From Phoronis australis (taxonomy: Eukaryota > Animalia > Phoronida), in contig NMRA01000214.1 in the NCBI GenBank assembly GCA_002633005.1, forward strand, positions 100,310 through 164,309: DNA of 64,000 nucleotides, read 5' to 3'. Each line of letters starts with the position of its first letter. Position 1 is the stretch's first letter. The notes beneath the pieces were generated by a model that was not told where the DNA came from, ran no database searches, and saw nothing but the letters and a program-made list of their open reading frames with translations. Of the stretch, positions 26,207 to 36,975 are shown in pieces. Made by a program: the position numbers and the translations under genes.

Positions 26207-27443
26207 GTAAATTATGACTATTATATCGAGCCATTACTCGCAAAGTTCCGTCCTTGGAACTGTATGCTATGAGAATGCAGAAAAAATGACTCTGATCCCG
26301 GCGCTGTTGGTGTGCTTAAAACTGTATTTCGGTCTGTTTAGCAGGTTAAAACGACAATGGAATTAGATTTTGCTCTCACAAAATCCTGTTCGGAAAATTA
26401 CGTTTTTTTACCAAGTTACGCCCCAGGGAATGCGTTTGTGAATTCGCAATTTTGGGGTTGGCCATACCATTTCTTGTCACTTACGCGATTTCAGTCGAAT
26501 CCTGTCCCTCTGGGGAAAGTTGCGAGACTGACTTATGGGAACAAAATGCTTTGTGCGATGTTCGTTATTTTGCCACATAAAGTGGGCGGAATGCAGCTTC
26601 AGCTTTCTATTTTATTTCATTTGCTTTAGTTCTCATTTGTCTCCTACTTACTACAAATTCTGGCCATCACACGTTTATTTTACTGACTCCTAATTCTCGT
26701 TTTAATTATGCTAGCTTAACACAAAACAAATAAGCACTTTAGCAAACTATGACATATTTACACCACGAAATACTTTATGCAAAGTACAGACGTTTCTTTG
26801 GTTTCTCAGAACGTCGTGAGAAACCACATACTGAAAAGGTGAACAATGCAGAACCATCAAGTTACATGTCTGGCCTTGACTTCTGTCGAGTTTTTTTTTT
26901 CCAGTTGCCTTTTGACTTTTAGTGACTCCCATTCTAGTGTCTCACCGTGTTCATCTTGTAGGGGTGATGGTCTGAGCACAGTAGCGAAACGTTTACGTTT
27001 TCATGTAGTGTTAGTGTTGTAGAAATGACATGGTTCCCCAAACCGCTTGTTATCTGTTTTATTGTACTTGTTCCCTTCATTGTTGATGCCTACGGAAGAT
27101 TCAACAACACAACCAGTAAATGTTTGGAGCATTTCCAACATATTCCTGATTCTCACGTCTTGAATTCATCGGTTAAGTCAATTTGCGTATGAAAGAAAGA
27201 GGCGCGCGCATATCTGTAAGCAAGATTTTACTTGCGCGTTCAAACGAAAACATCATTGTGTTTGACGGCCTTTTGTAACATGAGGGCTGGTGTACTGGCA
27301 ATTAAATTTTCAACCCAGCTCCTTTTACGGCACCCGTGTCACATACCTGGGATAGTTAGTCATATAAAATATGAAATTCTACACTACTGGCAGCCCTGCC
27401 ATCTCCATTTATGTACCATGCATATACGTTTGAACCATTCCAG

Positions 27444-27752
27444 CGGGTCCTCGACGAATTGCAACTTTCCGCTGCTGGGGAGGACGATTCAGTCGTAGAG
27501 GCGCATGCATGTTGATGCTAGGTGCAAGGGTGACCCTATACTGTTCAACAGACAGCTCATTCCAGCAGGTTATATTTAGATTTCAATTTCGTCTGAAATC
27601 TGGAAAAACGTTTGAGGCGTATGGAACAAACGGCGGGAAATACGTCTTGGACGTGTCGAAGGACTATCACCTGTCGACAGTCTGGTGTCTTGCTTCCAAC
27701 GTTCGCGAACCATCTTTGCGTGCTTCAAGTTCCCTTGAAATCAAAATTACCG
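27444..27752 (+). CDS. Ig-like exon 5
   Basis: TTCCAG / GTAAGG, phase 1-1. GPRRI...RVTLYCSTDSS...YVLDVSKDYHLSTVWCLASN. Confidence 0.88.
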
Positions 27753-30700
27753 GTAAGGCCAAAAGGCATGAATGTTGTTGGTTCTTGTCTGTGGACTGTA
27801 TGAAAATCGAGCCAGTGGTGTGGTAACTTCAGTGAAATGAGATTTCTCGAAGTGTGTTGCTTTGTCCTGTGATTTGTTTGATTCGTTGTTCGCATTCTAC
27901 AAGGTCACATTTCGCACCCGATCAATGTGAAATTTATACAATACATGTGTCTTGCGACTGGCTCATAGTCTGTTAGTTTTTGCAAAAGAAAGAGTGGCGT
28001 TTCACAGTTCTGGTTTGCGGAGCCATAGCGCCGCTGTCTCTGGAGGGATTTTTCAGATGTTTTCCTGTGAACAGGTTATTTCACAGACTACCGCGGATCG
28101 GAAGTGTGTCATTTGTTTTTCTCTATGACTAACGGAGTTGTTTGAGATTTTCCAATCAAGTCAGTTCCTGTGCCGTATCTTAAGCTACCGTTGTCGGATC
28201 TGTTTGAAATTTAGTACGTGGAAAAATTCTTTCAAGCGCTATCAGAGTACTGCAGCCTAATTCTTGCTACGACTTGCCGCTCTCGAGATATTCGAGATTT
28301 ACTGCTTAGATGACTATTCTTTTATCTACCTATTTCAAGCTGCACTTTGTTGATCTATCATGTTGGTGCTAGACATCGCATTCTGGGTTTGATCGACATG
28401 AAATTTACATTCATTGATCTGTACAAAAGGTCGAGGATTTTTGTTATAGAGGGGAAATCGGACGCAAGGGACGTTGTAAGCGGCCATTCTTCGAATTATT
28501 AGTTTGCGATCCTTTGACTGAATATATTCAAATTTGGTAGGCCTGCCTACAGGTATATATGAGAAACTAATGGCGCATTGCAGATAGCCTTTGAGGGAAA
28601 TCTATACGACTTATCGTTCTTCACTTATTCGAGGTACGACTGCCTTTCACTTAACTGGTTCTTCAGTGCACTTTAAATGTTATATCATTAACATTACGTT
28701 GGTGTGGTCATGGTTGTTGATGTTCTTGGTTTTGTCGTTTGTCGAACCCACCTTTAAATTTCTATTCGATTTCGCCAAGAATTGCTCCTCAGAGCGCATG
28801 GCAAAATATATCGTTTCGAGCCTTGCGTAAACTTATTTCTGTGCCTGTGTACAGCTTTTCAAAGCCCGAGACCATTACTGAAATTGATGCGGACGGGCGA
28901 TTTGTCACCTATGATCGTTGAGCGTCAGCTTTGAAAATGGGTCAAGGTAAGACCGGGTTAAATTATGTTAATTTTTGTTCCTATGGCGAAAACCCATACA
29001 CTCCCGTGTCGCATGTGAATTCTACGAGATCGTAGCAATCAAAGTTCAAGAACATTACCATCAGTTCAGGGGTCTAATGTTTGGACTAGAAGCAAATCTG
29101 GGTAGCCTGTCGAAGAAAAATAACAAATTTTAGCTTTAAGTCAATTTTAAGATAAAACTTCAATTTGTCTTCAATCCATTCCAAGAAAGTGATCTTAGTT
29201 TGACTGTGTTATTGATTTAAGATTTGTCTCAGTTTTGACTAAATTACCGGATGTGGAAGTTTCAAAGTTTAGAAGTTGAGACAAATCTTAGGCTTAAATC
29301 GAAAATGAACGTAAGTCAGTTTCTTATGACAGGCCACTGGCTCGAAACTATTTTTAACAGTTTCCATTCTGCGTTTGGGTTAACTCAAGTTAATTAAGAA
29401 TACATTACTGTTCGTGAATATGGCTCTCTAATCCTAATTTGGACGTGATGACCACAGCATTGAAGTACAAGTTCGAGTGTTAAAGTAAAATCTTACCAGT
29501 GTTTTACCTGTGTTTGTAGTTCGAATCTAGGGGTCATCAAGTACCACGTTGGATTAGACGCTAAACAATGTAAAGTGTAAACAAAAATAAGCTGGAGCAC
29601 AGAATTCCAGTCATAGACTCGGAGTTCACCCAAAACCACAACGGGAAATGTGATAGATATTTTCGTGGACATAGATCAGAGCCCCGGCCCTGGTTGAATC
29701 AAGTCTCCAAACGTTAGGTGACGTCAAGCTGAGTGTTAACATTTTCAAGCATCAGTTATCGATTCGCGGAGTTTGGCTCAAAAGGAATTGACCTGATATG
29801 GCCGGGTACTGTCATCACAATGACAAGAAAAAACAAAGTACATTTATTTAACTTTTGTCCAGAACCGTTTTAAGGGTTTAAGCTAAGTGATCACTTAGCT
29901 TAAGATTTCCAATTGACCTTAAAAAGAACGTAATGGGATCGAGGCATTATAAGCCTATAGCTAATTCGATCTGATCGAAACCGTTAGAAATTGAGAAAGT
30001 TTTACGGGCACTGTCCTTCATCAATAGATTTGTACAATACCTGTTGTCGCCATGAAGCTCATCTATCAGGGAATCTAGTTTGGGGAGTAGAGGCTTTGTC
30101 GCTTTGGCGAGTACGTCACTGAAATAATACAACTTGTTATGTCGTGAACTAAAACATTTTGGCTTCTGAAATTGAATTTCCCATAAAATTAGGATCATTT
30201 TTACCTGAAAACCGATCAAACTAGGCAAACTAGATTCTTAATTAATGTTTCGGTTCTTTGCTACCCCTTGATGAATTGTTTGATTAACTTTTTGAATCGC
30301 ACTAGATCTGCGAGCCGTAATGCCGGACGAAAAGGCACGGGAACGCTCAACAGAGAACTAAATTGATGTCTGGGTAGAGTTCAGTAACGCCAGAACCTAC
30401 ACTAGGACCTCGCTAAAATCTAGCCGAAATCACGTGTTCTCACGCGAAGTATTGCTTTTTAGAGAGGTCCTAGCGTTAGTGAACTGAAACAGATGTGTGT
30501 TCCCTGGAGTTGAAACAAACGGGAGGTTTTTGTTATGTTTTTGTTTTTGACTAAGTCAAATACAAAATAGGGTTTTGTTATGTTTATTTTTTGACTCGGT
30601 CAAATACTCCGAATGTCAGGAAATAACGGTTACCACGAGTTCAAGTATAAAAAGGCTATGGTGGTTAGATCTTCCGTATAGTACATCCTGTTCAGAACAC

Positions 30701-30805
30701 TACACTCTCTGTGCGAATGAGAATGGAAACCCATTGCCCTTAAGTAGTCTCCATGGAGTAGTCGTCAGAGGTTCATAGCAGTATGTACAACAATATCATT
30801 GTCAG

Positions 30806-31147
30806 GCGGTCCGCCGAGAGGTCCACACACTGTCGACATGTTACTTCGGGGTACCAACGCTTCAAATGATGTTGTTGTGGTCAGCAACGGAGTTGTGTTG
30901 GAAGTCGTCTGTAGGTCTGGGGTAGCGAACTCTGGATCTCACATCAATATTAGGTTAGTCACAGTGGACGGGGCAGTCAAACGTCTTGTGACTCGTGGTT
31001 TGCGCGCTTTCGACAACAACACCAACGAGGCCACATCATCGAGTGTCGTAACCGATGACTACCATGCGGGAACCATCGAATGCGTCGCTATCAACACTCG
31101 CGCCCCAAAATTGAAAGCGTCCACATCAAGAATTCTTGACATCACGG
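30806..31147 (+). CDS. Ig-like exon 6
   Basis: TTGTCAG / GTGAAT, phase 1-1. GPHTV...LEVVCRSGVAN...VTDDYHAGTIECVAIN. Confidence 0.85.
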
Positions 31148-31875
31148 GTGAATATCCAATAAGAATGAATCTGCTATTAATTAACCGCCTGCTAAACATG
31201 GCTATCATGAAAAAGCGATTTCTAGGCTTGGTAGAAGGATCTGACTTTTCGTTCCTGCTCATGTCCACGATTGGAGCACAAAGATGTCTTCGTGTCAAAA
31301 AAAAAAATCGGATTGAGCATGGGTATACTCAAACTTGGACTCTACTCATACTAGAATGCATACTAGAAAATTAACCAATCGCGGCATGTCTTGAAGGCCT
31401 ATTTTACCATTTTAAGCTTACGCGAAGTGTGCCTATAGCCATTTTTGGACGTAGTTGCGCCATGGTGAAATACGTTTCTAGTTGGTGGGCAACGTTCTGC
31501 ATCCATTCTTGTACAGGAATTTAACGCAGTGGAATTTTTTCAAGTGTCTTGGTAAATTCGTTACAACTATCTTGTGAATTTGCCCCTGTTGCGCGGTGGA
31601 ATATTCCCCGGGGGTCACTCTTATTGACAAGATGCCAGCAGGCGTGTGCCAGGTCTGCTAATTCCCATCCCCTTTTTGCGCGGTAGATTTTTCTGCCCAA
31701 TGCAATCATGGATCTTTTGTGGAGACGAAATCGAAATTTGGAGAACTATTGTATCCCGCGTGGTTGCCGCAAAACTTGCTGGAAAGTACCGTCTATCTGC
31801 AATTTTTTGTACCTTGTCAATATTAGTAACCCCCCACCAGAAATATTCAAACAATGATACAATAATGTCCCTGAG

Positions 31876-32523
31876 TCAAGCCCGCAGAGACGCTTCTGTG
31901 ATTTTTAGCCCTAATTAATTCCATCTAAAATGTTTCCTGTTGGTCAGTTTTCTAGTAAATGTTTCCTGTTGGTCAGTTTTCTAGTAGAGTTTTGAGTACA
32001 AAAAATAACACCCTGGTTCTGTTATTGTACAATAATCAAGAGTCCAAGCCGGAAGTAAGGCAAATTGCGTTGCCAATTTGGTAACAGAAAGTGGTCTATA
32101 ATTAAACTTAACGAAACCATTAGCTTATGCATGAAAACTTTCTTGGTTGCGAGGAGTCGTTTACTTAAAAGAAGACTTTGTTTTTGTTGCATGTACTGGT
32201 TGCCTCAAAGTCGGTTCTGGACAGGAAAATCCCCTATAGGTCATGGTAATATGTAGCAAGTACCTTAATTAAAATATCTAACACTCAAAACAAAATATCG
32301 ATTCAAATGTGGAGTGAAACTTGTAAGGTGGTTGTTCAGATTTTTATTTCAGTCATTCAGGCAGCTGTCTGGTTGATAATAATGCACTGAAGGCCATACC
32401 AATCCTTAACATTTCAGTAAGTATCTGATGAGTTATGGAAATACAACAACCGTGTCTATACAACACTTTTGAGAATGCTCTTAGTTGCCCACAGTGGTGC
32501 AAGACTGACTCAGATATGCGATA
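31876..32523. repeat. Dispersed repeat copy 2 (same family as 1553-2162) with internal 29-bp tandem duplication
   Basis: Colinear with 1553-2162. AAATGTTTCCTGTTGGTCAGTTTTCTAGT occurs twice at 31928-31985. Confidence 0.85.
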
Positions 32524-32640
32524 ACCCACAGAAAGCGTACAATCACAAATGGTTCGTGCGAAAGCCATGTTCTGAGAGGCCTAGCTGTTCGAAACGGTTA
32601 CTGGCTTGTGTGCTTAACGTTAATGGTTTCTTTTTAATAG

Positions 32641-32964
32641 TTGGCCCGCACGACTTGACCATAGAAAGCGTTGACAAGTTGTCAGAAGTAGATGGCGATG
32701 TGATTGTCGCCGCAAATGCCACTAAAGCTACGATTCGTTGTGTTGCAAAGGTTCACCCAGCCGGAAAGATATCTTTGTACTCTCACATGGTAATCTCTGC
32801 TGAGCCAACGGTGGTCACCAGGAAGAGCGGCGACACGCTGGTTGAAAAACAACTGTCGTTTACAAGATACATGAATCACGAAAAGGAAGTGTTCACTTGT
32901 TCCGTTGCCAACACTCGAGACCCGTCAATGACGGCCTCGGTATCAAAGAAATTGAAAGTCGTTG
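32641..32964 (+). CDS. Ig-like exon 7
   Basis: TTTTAATAG / GTGAGC, phase 1-1. GPHDL...ATIRCVAKVHPAGKI...LSFTRYMNHEKEVFTCSVAN. Confidence 0.88.
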
Positions 32965-33497
32965 GTGAGCTTGCATTTTTTAGTTCAAAGGAAACCAGAC
33001 CCGGTTTTGCCCTGCCACCAGAAATTAAAACGGCTTTCCACCCAATTCCCTGAAAAATGATGTTCTATAATTCTCAATAATCCTCAAAAGTTTGGAGGAA
33101 AATTTGAAAGCTCCTTTCGAAGTCTGTTAGACGAGATTGCGTGGTCTACGCTTTTAGCGAATTACAATGTAACTGTGGGGAAAGACCACCCACCAAGAAC
33201 CATACTGTCCGATCTTTGGCACAGGGACTATAAGTTTTTCGTTGATTCATGCATTTATCTTTCAAGATAGACGCCCATGATGCACTAACAGGTGACAGAA
33301 CGAGATTTGTCTGAAATCATCAAAACAAGGTTTAATATTCTTTTAAGTCATCTCCAATCGAATAAAAGTGTTCAGGTAACATAAAAATGAAAACAACTAC
33401 AGAAGATTGCATACTTTTTGACGTTCTGTAACGACAGAGAAGCTCCGTCACTGGAACATTTATGAAGTACTTAGGATTTAAAAACCTGCAGTAAAAG

Positions 33498-33851
33498 AGG
33501 AGGCAGTGTGGCCTAGTGGATTGATTGTCAGTTCACGGGATCGTAGGCTCGAATCGCAATGGAACCCAGGGCTAGACCATGGTCTTTCGCTCCTTAGTTC
33601 AGTCTCAATTATACTAAAAATAGTTGCAGGCAATCTGAAACACGTTGTACCAGACGTCCGCATGCCGCTTCGGCGGGTCCATTCGACTGATTACCTGGAA
33701 CCATTTCTATGCTTTATGAATGTATAGTTAGAACCGACCTAAGGAGCTAGAGACGTGACTCAAGGGTCTAGCAATGTGCCCCAGTGGAACTCGAACTCAG
33801 GATCTTGAGAAAAGGAATGGGCACTTACCTTACTAGGCCACACTGTCTCCT
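33498..33851. mobile_element. Two convergent tRNA-derived SINE-like heads
   Basis: On the + strand, AGGAGGCAGTGTGGCCTAGTGG (A-box) is followed by GGCTCGAATC (B-box-like). On the - strand from 33851, AGGAGACAGTGTGGCCTAGT is followed by GAGTTCGAGTTCC. Confidence 0.6.
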
Positions 33852-34174
33852 GTTGTCGCCGGGTCTACATTGGTGTTTATGTTATCTCTGTTTGGTTATG
33901 AATGAAAAATGGACGCAAGTGATTGGTGCAATGAGCCCAGCTGCGAACATCTGATGCAGCGTCCACGAGACAACAGGCACTACTTCTTCGTATGCTTCAT
34001 TACAGACAGTCGACAAATTTACCTAAGGAACATAGGAAATGAGCACTCAAAAACAGTTGTGGCAATGTTTTTCAAATTACTTTACTTTCCTGGTGTTCAC
34101 CTATTTTGTCGGACAAAATCAGGAGGGGCGTATCACACCCCATTCTTTTGTTTCACGTTTTATCGTCATTCTAG

Positions 34175-34363
34175 TCCATGGGAAGTGGTCGAATTGGCTT
34201 CAGTGGGAAACGTGCAGTTCAACATGTGGTCTGGGAACGCAGATAAGGATCCGTGAATGCACGAGTCCACCGCCATCTGATAACGGAGGCAACTACTGTC
34301 TGGGCCCGAACAAATTTTTCAAAAGCTGTCTCCAGGAAATGCCATGCGATCCCTACAAACAGA
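34175..34363 (+). CDS. Thrombospondin type-1 repeat exon of the receptor
   Basis: VHGKWSNWLQWETCSSTCGLGTQIRIRECTSPPP...YCLG...C...C has the canonical WxxWxxW, CSxTCG and RxRxC motifs. CTAG / GTAAGT, phase 1-1. Confidence 0.95.
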
Positions 34364-34529
34364 GTAAGTAGGCCTATGGACACCCAAGATTAGACTTACT
34401 AAAGTACATCGATGAAACAGAAAGAGTCACGAGAACAGACTGCGACCATGACAGAGATGATAACGAGAACGGTAAACTGACGGTGTAACAGAGTCTGTAA
34501 AAAATATATTTTACATTTTTATTTTACAG

Positions 34530-35680
34530 AGTCCGACTACCTGAGGAACCACGTGGTTAACGCCTCCGAGACGAATGTTCTAATTATACTCGTCATTACT
34601 ATTTGCGCTACGTCGTTCATAGTAATGTTTACCTGGTACTTGCGCGATGCCTATTTAGAGGCTCAAAAAGAAGCCGTGAAAGAGGACATGGGAGAGTTCG
34701 ATGTCATATTTACGAAGCTTCTCCGATTGGTGCGAATGAGGAAAGTCGAGGAGGGTGGTGACAAAGGAGATTGTGACCGTCAATCCCTAATAGACGAGCT
34801 GCGTAGGAACGACGAATGTCCTGTTGTGGGACGGTTCTTAGATGTCTGTGACAGACTGACAGATGAGGAAACCACAAAGCGCCAACGCAACGCGGAGATC
34901 ACAAAGAAAAGATATTCTATAAATCTGTTGAAACACGAGCTAAACAAGCTGGCGCTGATGATGAGCCTCAGGTCTGAGGACAAGCAAACAATTGAAGACG
35001 CGCTACGAACCTATAAGAGTACAGCGACAAAACTAAAGGAACAAGACCAGCAGGATGACTACGATCTACTTGAAAATACTAGAAACATGATCCTTGCACT
35101 GTCGCTTAAATCTACCATAGACGAGATGGAAAGGGTCCACGATCTCGAAGGTGTTGAGAGAATGCTGAGTGTCGTGGTGGGAAAGGGCCTGTGCGGCGTC
35201 CTCGACGCGTTCAGAACGGCAAAGGAGAGATTGGAAACATTGCGCGCAATGTCAAACGATAGGAAGTTTTTATTGGAATTAAGTAAAACACGAATCAATG
35301 AATTCAAATGCTACAGAGACCCGCCGCGAGCAGTTCGCGCCACTCTAATTGCGTCGTTGCTGATTCTGGGAGTAAATGAGAAAGACATGAACAGTTGGCT
35401 GAGCTGTATGCAGATTTGTAACAGTAGTAAGGGATTTGATTGGAGACTGAAGAATTTCAGACTTGACCAACTCCGGCCAACAGTTGCAGTCCGTGCTCTG
35501 GATATTTTAAATATGTTTTCTCCGGAAGATGTTAAGGTTGTCAGTGAAACTGCCTACCACATTTATAGATGGGCACACACCATCGCTACCCATAGACTGA
35601 GTATGAGGAGGGGCAGTGAAAGAAGAAGAAGTTCCCAGTCTGAGAGGTTAGTCAGCATTATAGAAAAGGGCGGCACATGA
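34530..35680 (+). CDS. Terminal exon: TM helix, helical cytoplasmic region and dynein MTBD-like domain
   Basis: TTTTACAG acceptor in frame with the TSP1 exon. TM segment VLIILVITICATSFIVMFTWYL. C-terminal LSKTRINEFKCYRDPPRAV...LLILG...W...NF...VSETAYHIYRWA. Confidence 0.9.
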
Positions 35681-35874
35681 TCACAGACTTATCACTAAGA
35701 CAGTTCCAAGATTGCTGTGAAAGACACAGTACTTGTAGCTTGAGAACATGCGGACGCAAATGGACACAAGGCTGTATAAGCCACGTGATTCGGTTTATGA
35801 ATCGTCAGCTGATCCAGTCCTTATTGCAGTGACAATCAGAATTCCATTAATAGTTAGTCATTGATTATATTTCT

Positions 35875-35880
35875 AATAAA
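35875..35880 (+). promoter_or_regulatory. Probable polyadenylation signal of the receptor gene
   Basis: AATAAA about 195 bp after the stop codon. Confidence 0.55.
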
Positions 35881-36055
35881 CATCACCATGCGTACTGGTA
35901 CTAATTATAGATGTCAATCTTTCTTAGAGATTATTGTCACCGCTTGAATGGCTATTTGCAGCAGTCCCTTTGAACCAATTTTCGTCATTCATAATGGTCA
36001 AGAGACATTATATCTCACTTTGGCAAGTATATCAGAATTGTAGTTTGGATCTCAA

Positions 36056-36467
36056 TGCCCAATTGCATGAAACAGCCCCAATTAGGGACACAATAAGGTC
36101 CCTAAATACACTGAGTATTTATGGACTTTTGAAAACACTGGTTGTCTTATTTTAATTTAATTTTTGGCTTTGATACAAATCGAGAGTGAACTCTACCTTG
36201 AATTCTCAATATTACCAAAATATGTTGTTGGGATCTTTTCATGCAACGCCCCTAATTTAAGGACTAATTCCCTATTGATTTTCATTGAAGTAAGGGCGCA
36301 GTAATTTTAGTTATGTTTTTTAAAAAATGTCAGTAGCCAAAGAGGTTATAATTAAGATAAAACGAAATAAAAAGATTAGATTGTCTAGTAAAGAACGGCA
36401 CAAATACGGAAAATATTTAGAGAACTTGCTTCAGTCCCTATCTGGAACTCTTTCATGCAACTGGGCA
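36056..36467. mobile_element. MITE-like element (PIF/Harbinger-like ends)
   Basis: TGCCCAATTGCATGAAA ... TTTCATGCAACTGGGCA form imperfect TIRs. Confidence 0.55.
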
Positions 36468-36801
36468 CAGGCCTCTCTTTCAAATCAATTGGTATTTCGG
36501 GTATGAGATGGCGGTTTCTGTCTACTTTTCTTCTTTGACTACAGAAATATCAAGATAACTGAGTGGGTGTTCCCTAGTAAACGATCAAATTTGATGGAAA
36601 ATAATTTCACTGATGTGTTGACTAATATGTCATTTAATTGCTAGTTCGATGGAATACTACAAGAGGAAAATTCTGAAATAAATTGCTTAAAATTTTTAAA
36701 GCATGCTGTCTGGCCTATACTATACTGTAAATGTCAAACAGCGTGAAGGGTTATAACGTGGTCGAGAGAAAAGGCGGCCTGCTCCACTTTACGGCGTCAA
36801 G

Positions 36802-36975
36802 TTGACTGGCAAACCATTCAAGAGCTTTGGTATATTTTCCAGTCATGATGCGCAAGAAAATGATTTCTTAAAATTTGAACTTACAATTAAATCGCTTAAA
36901 AAGTCCCTCAATATCTGCCACAGGATTTCTTTGCTAGGGAGCATAAGTGTAATCAAAACTTTCGCTCTTCCTGAG
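36802..36975 (+). mobile_element. Short Tx1/L1 LINE fragment
   Basis: FKSFGI...RISLLGSISVIKTFALP resembles the motif LGI...R.LSL.GKI.VIK...LP. Confidence 0.65.

Noticed and set aside
34553-35680. Fragment of a true dynein heavy-chain gene
   Set aside because: No AAA/Walker motifs or long stalk; it is preceded by a TM helix and followed by a stop and polyA signal.
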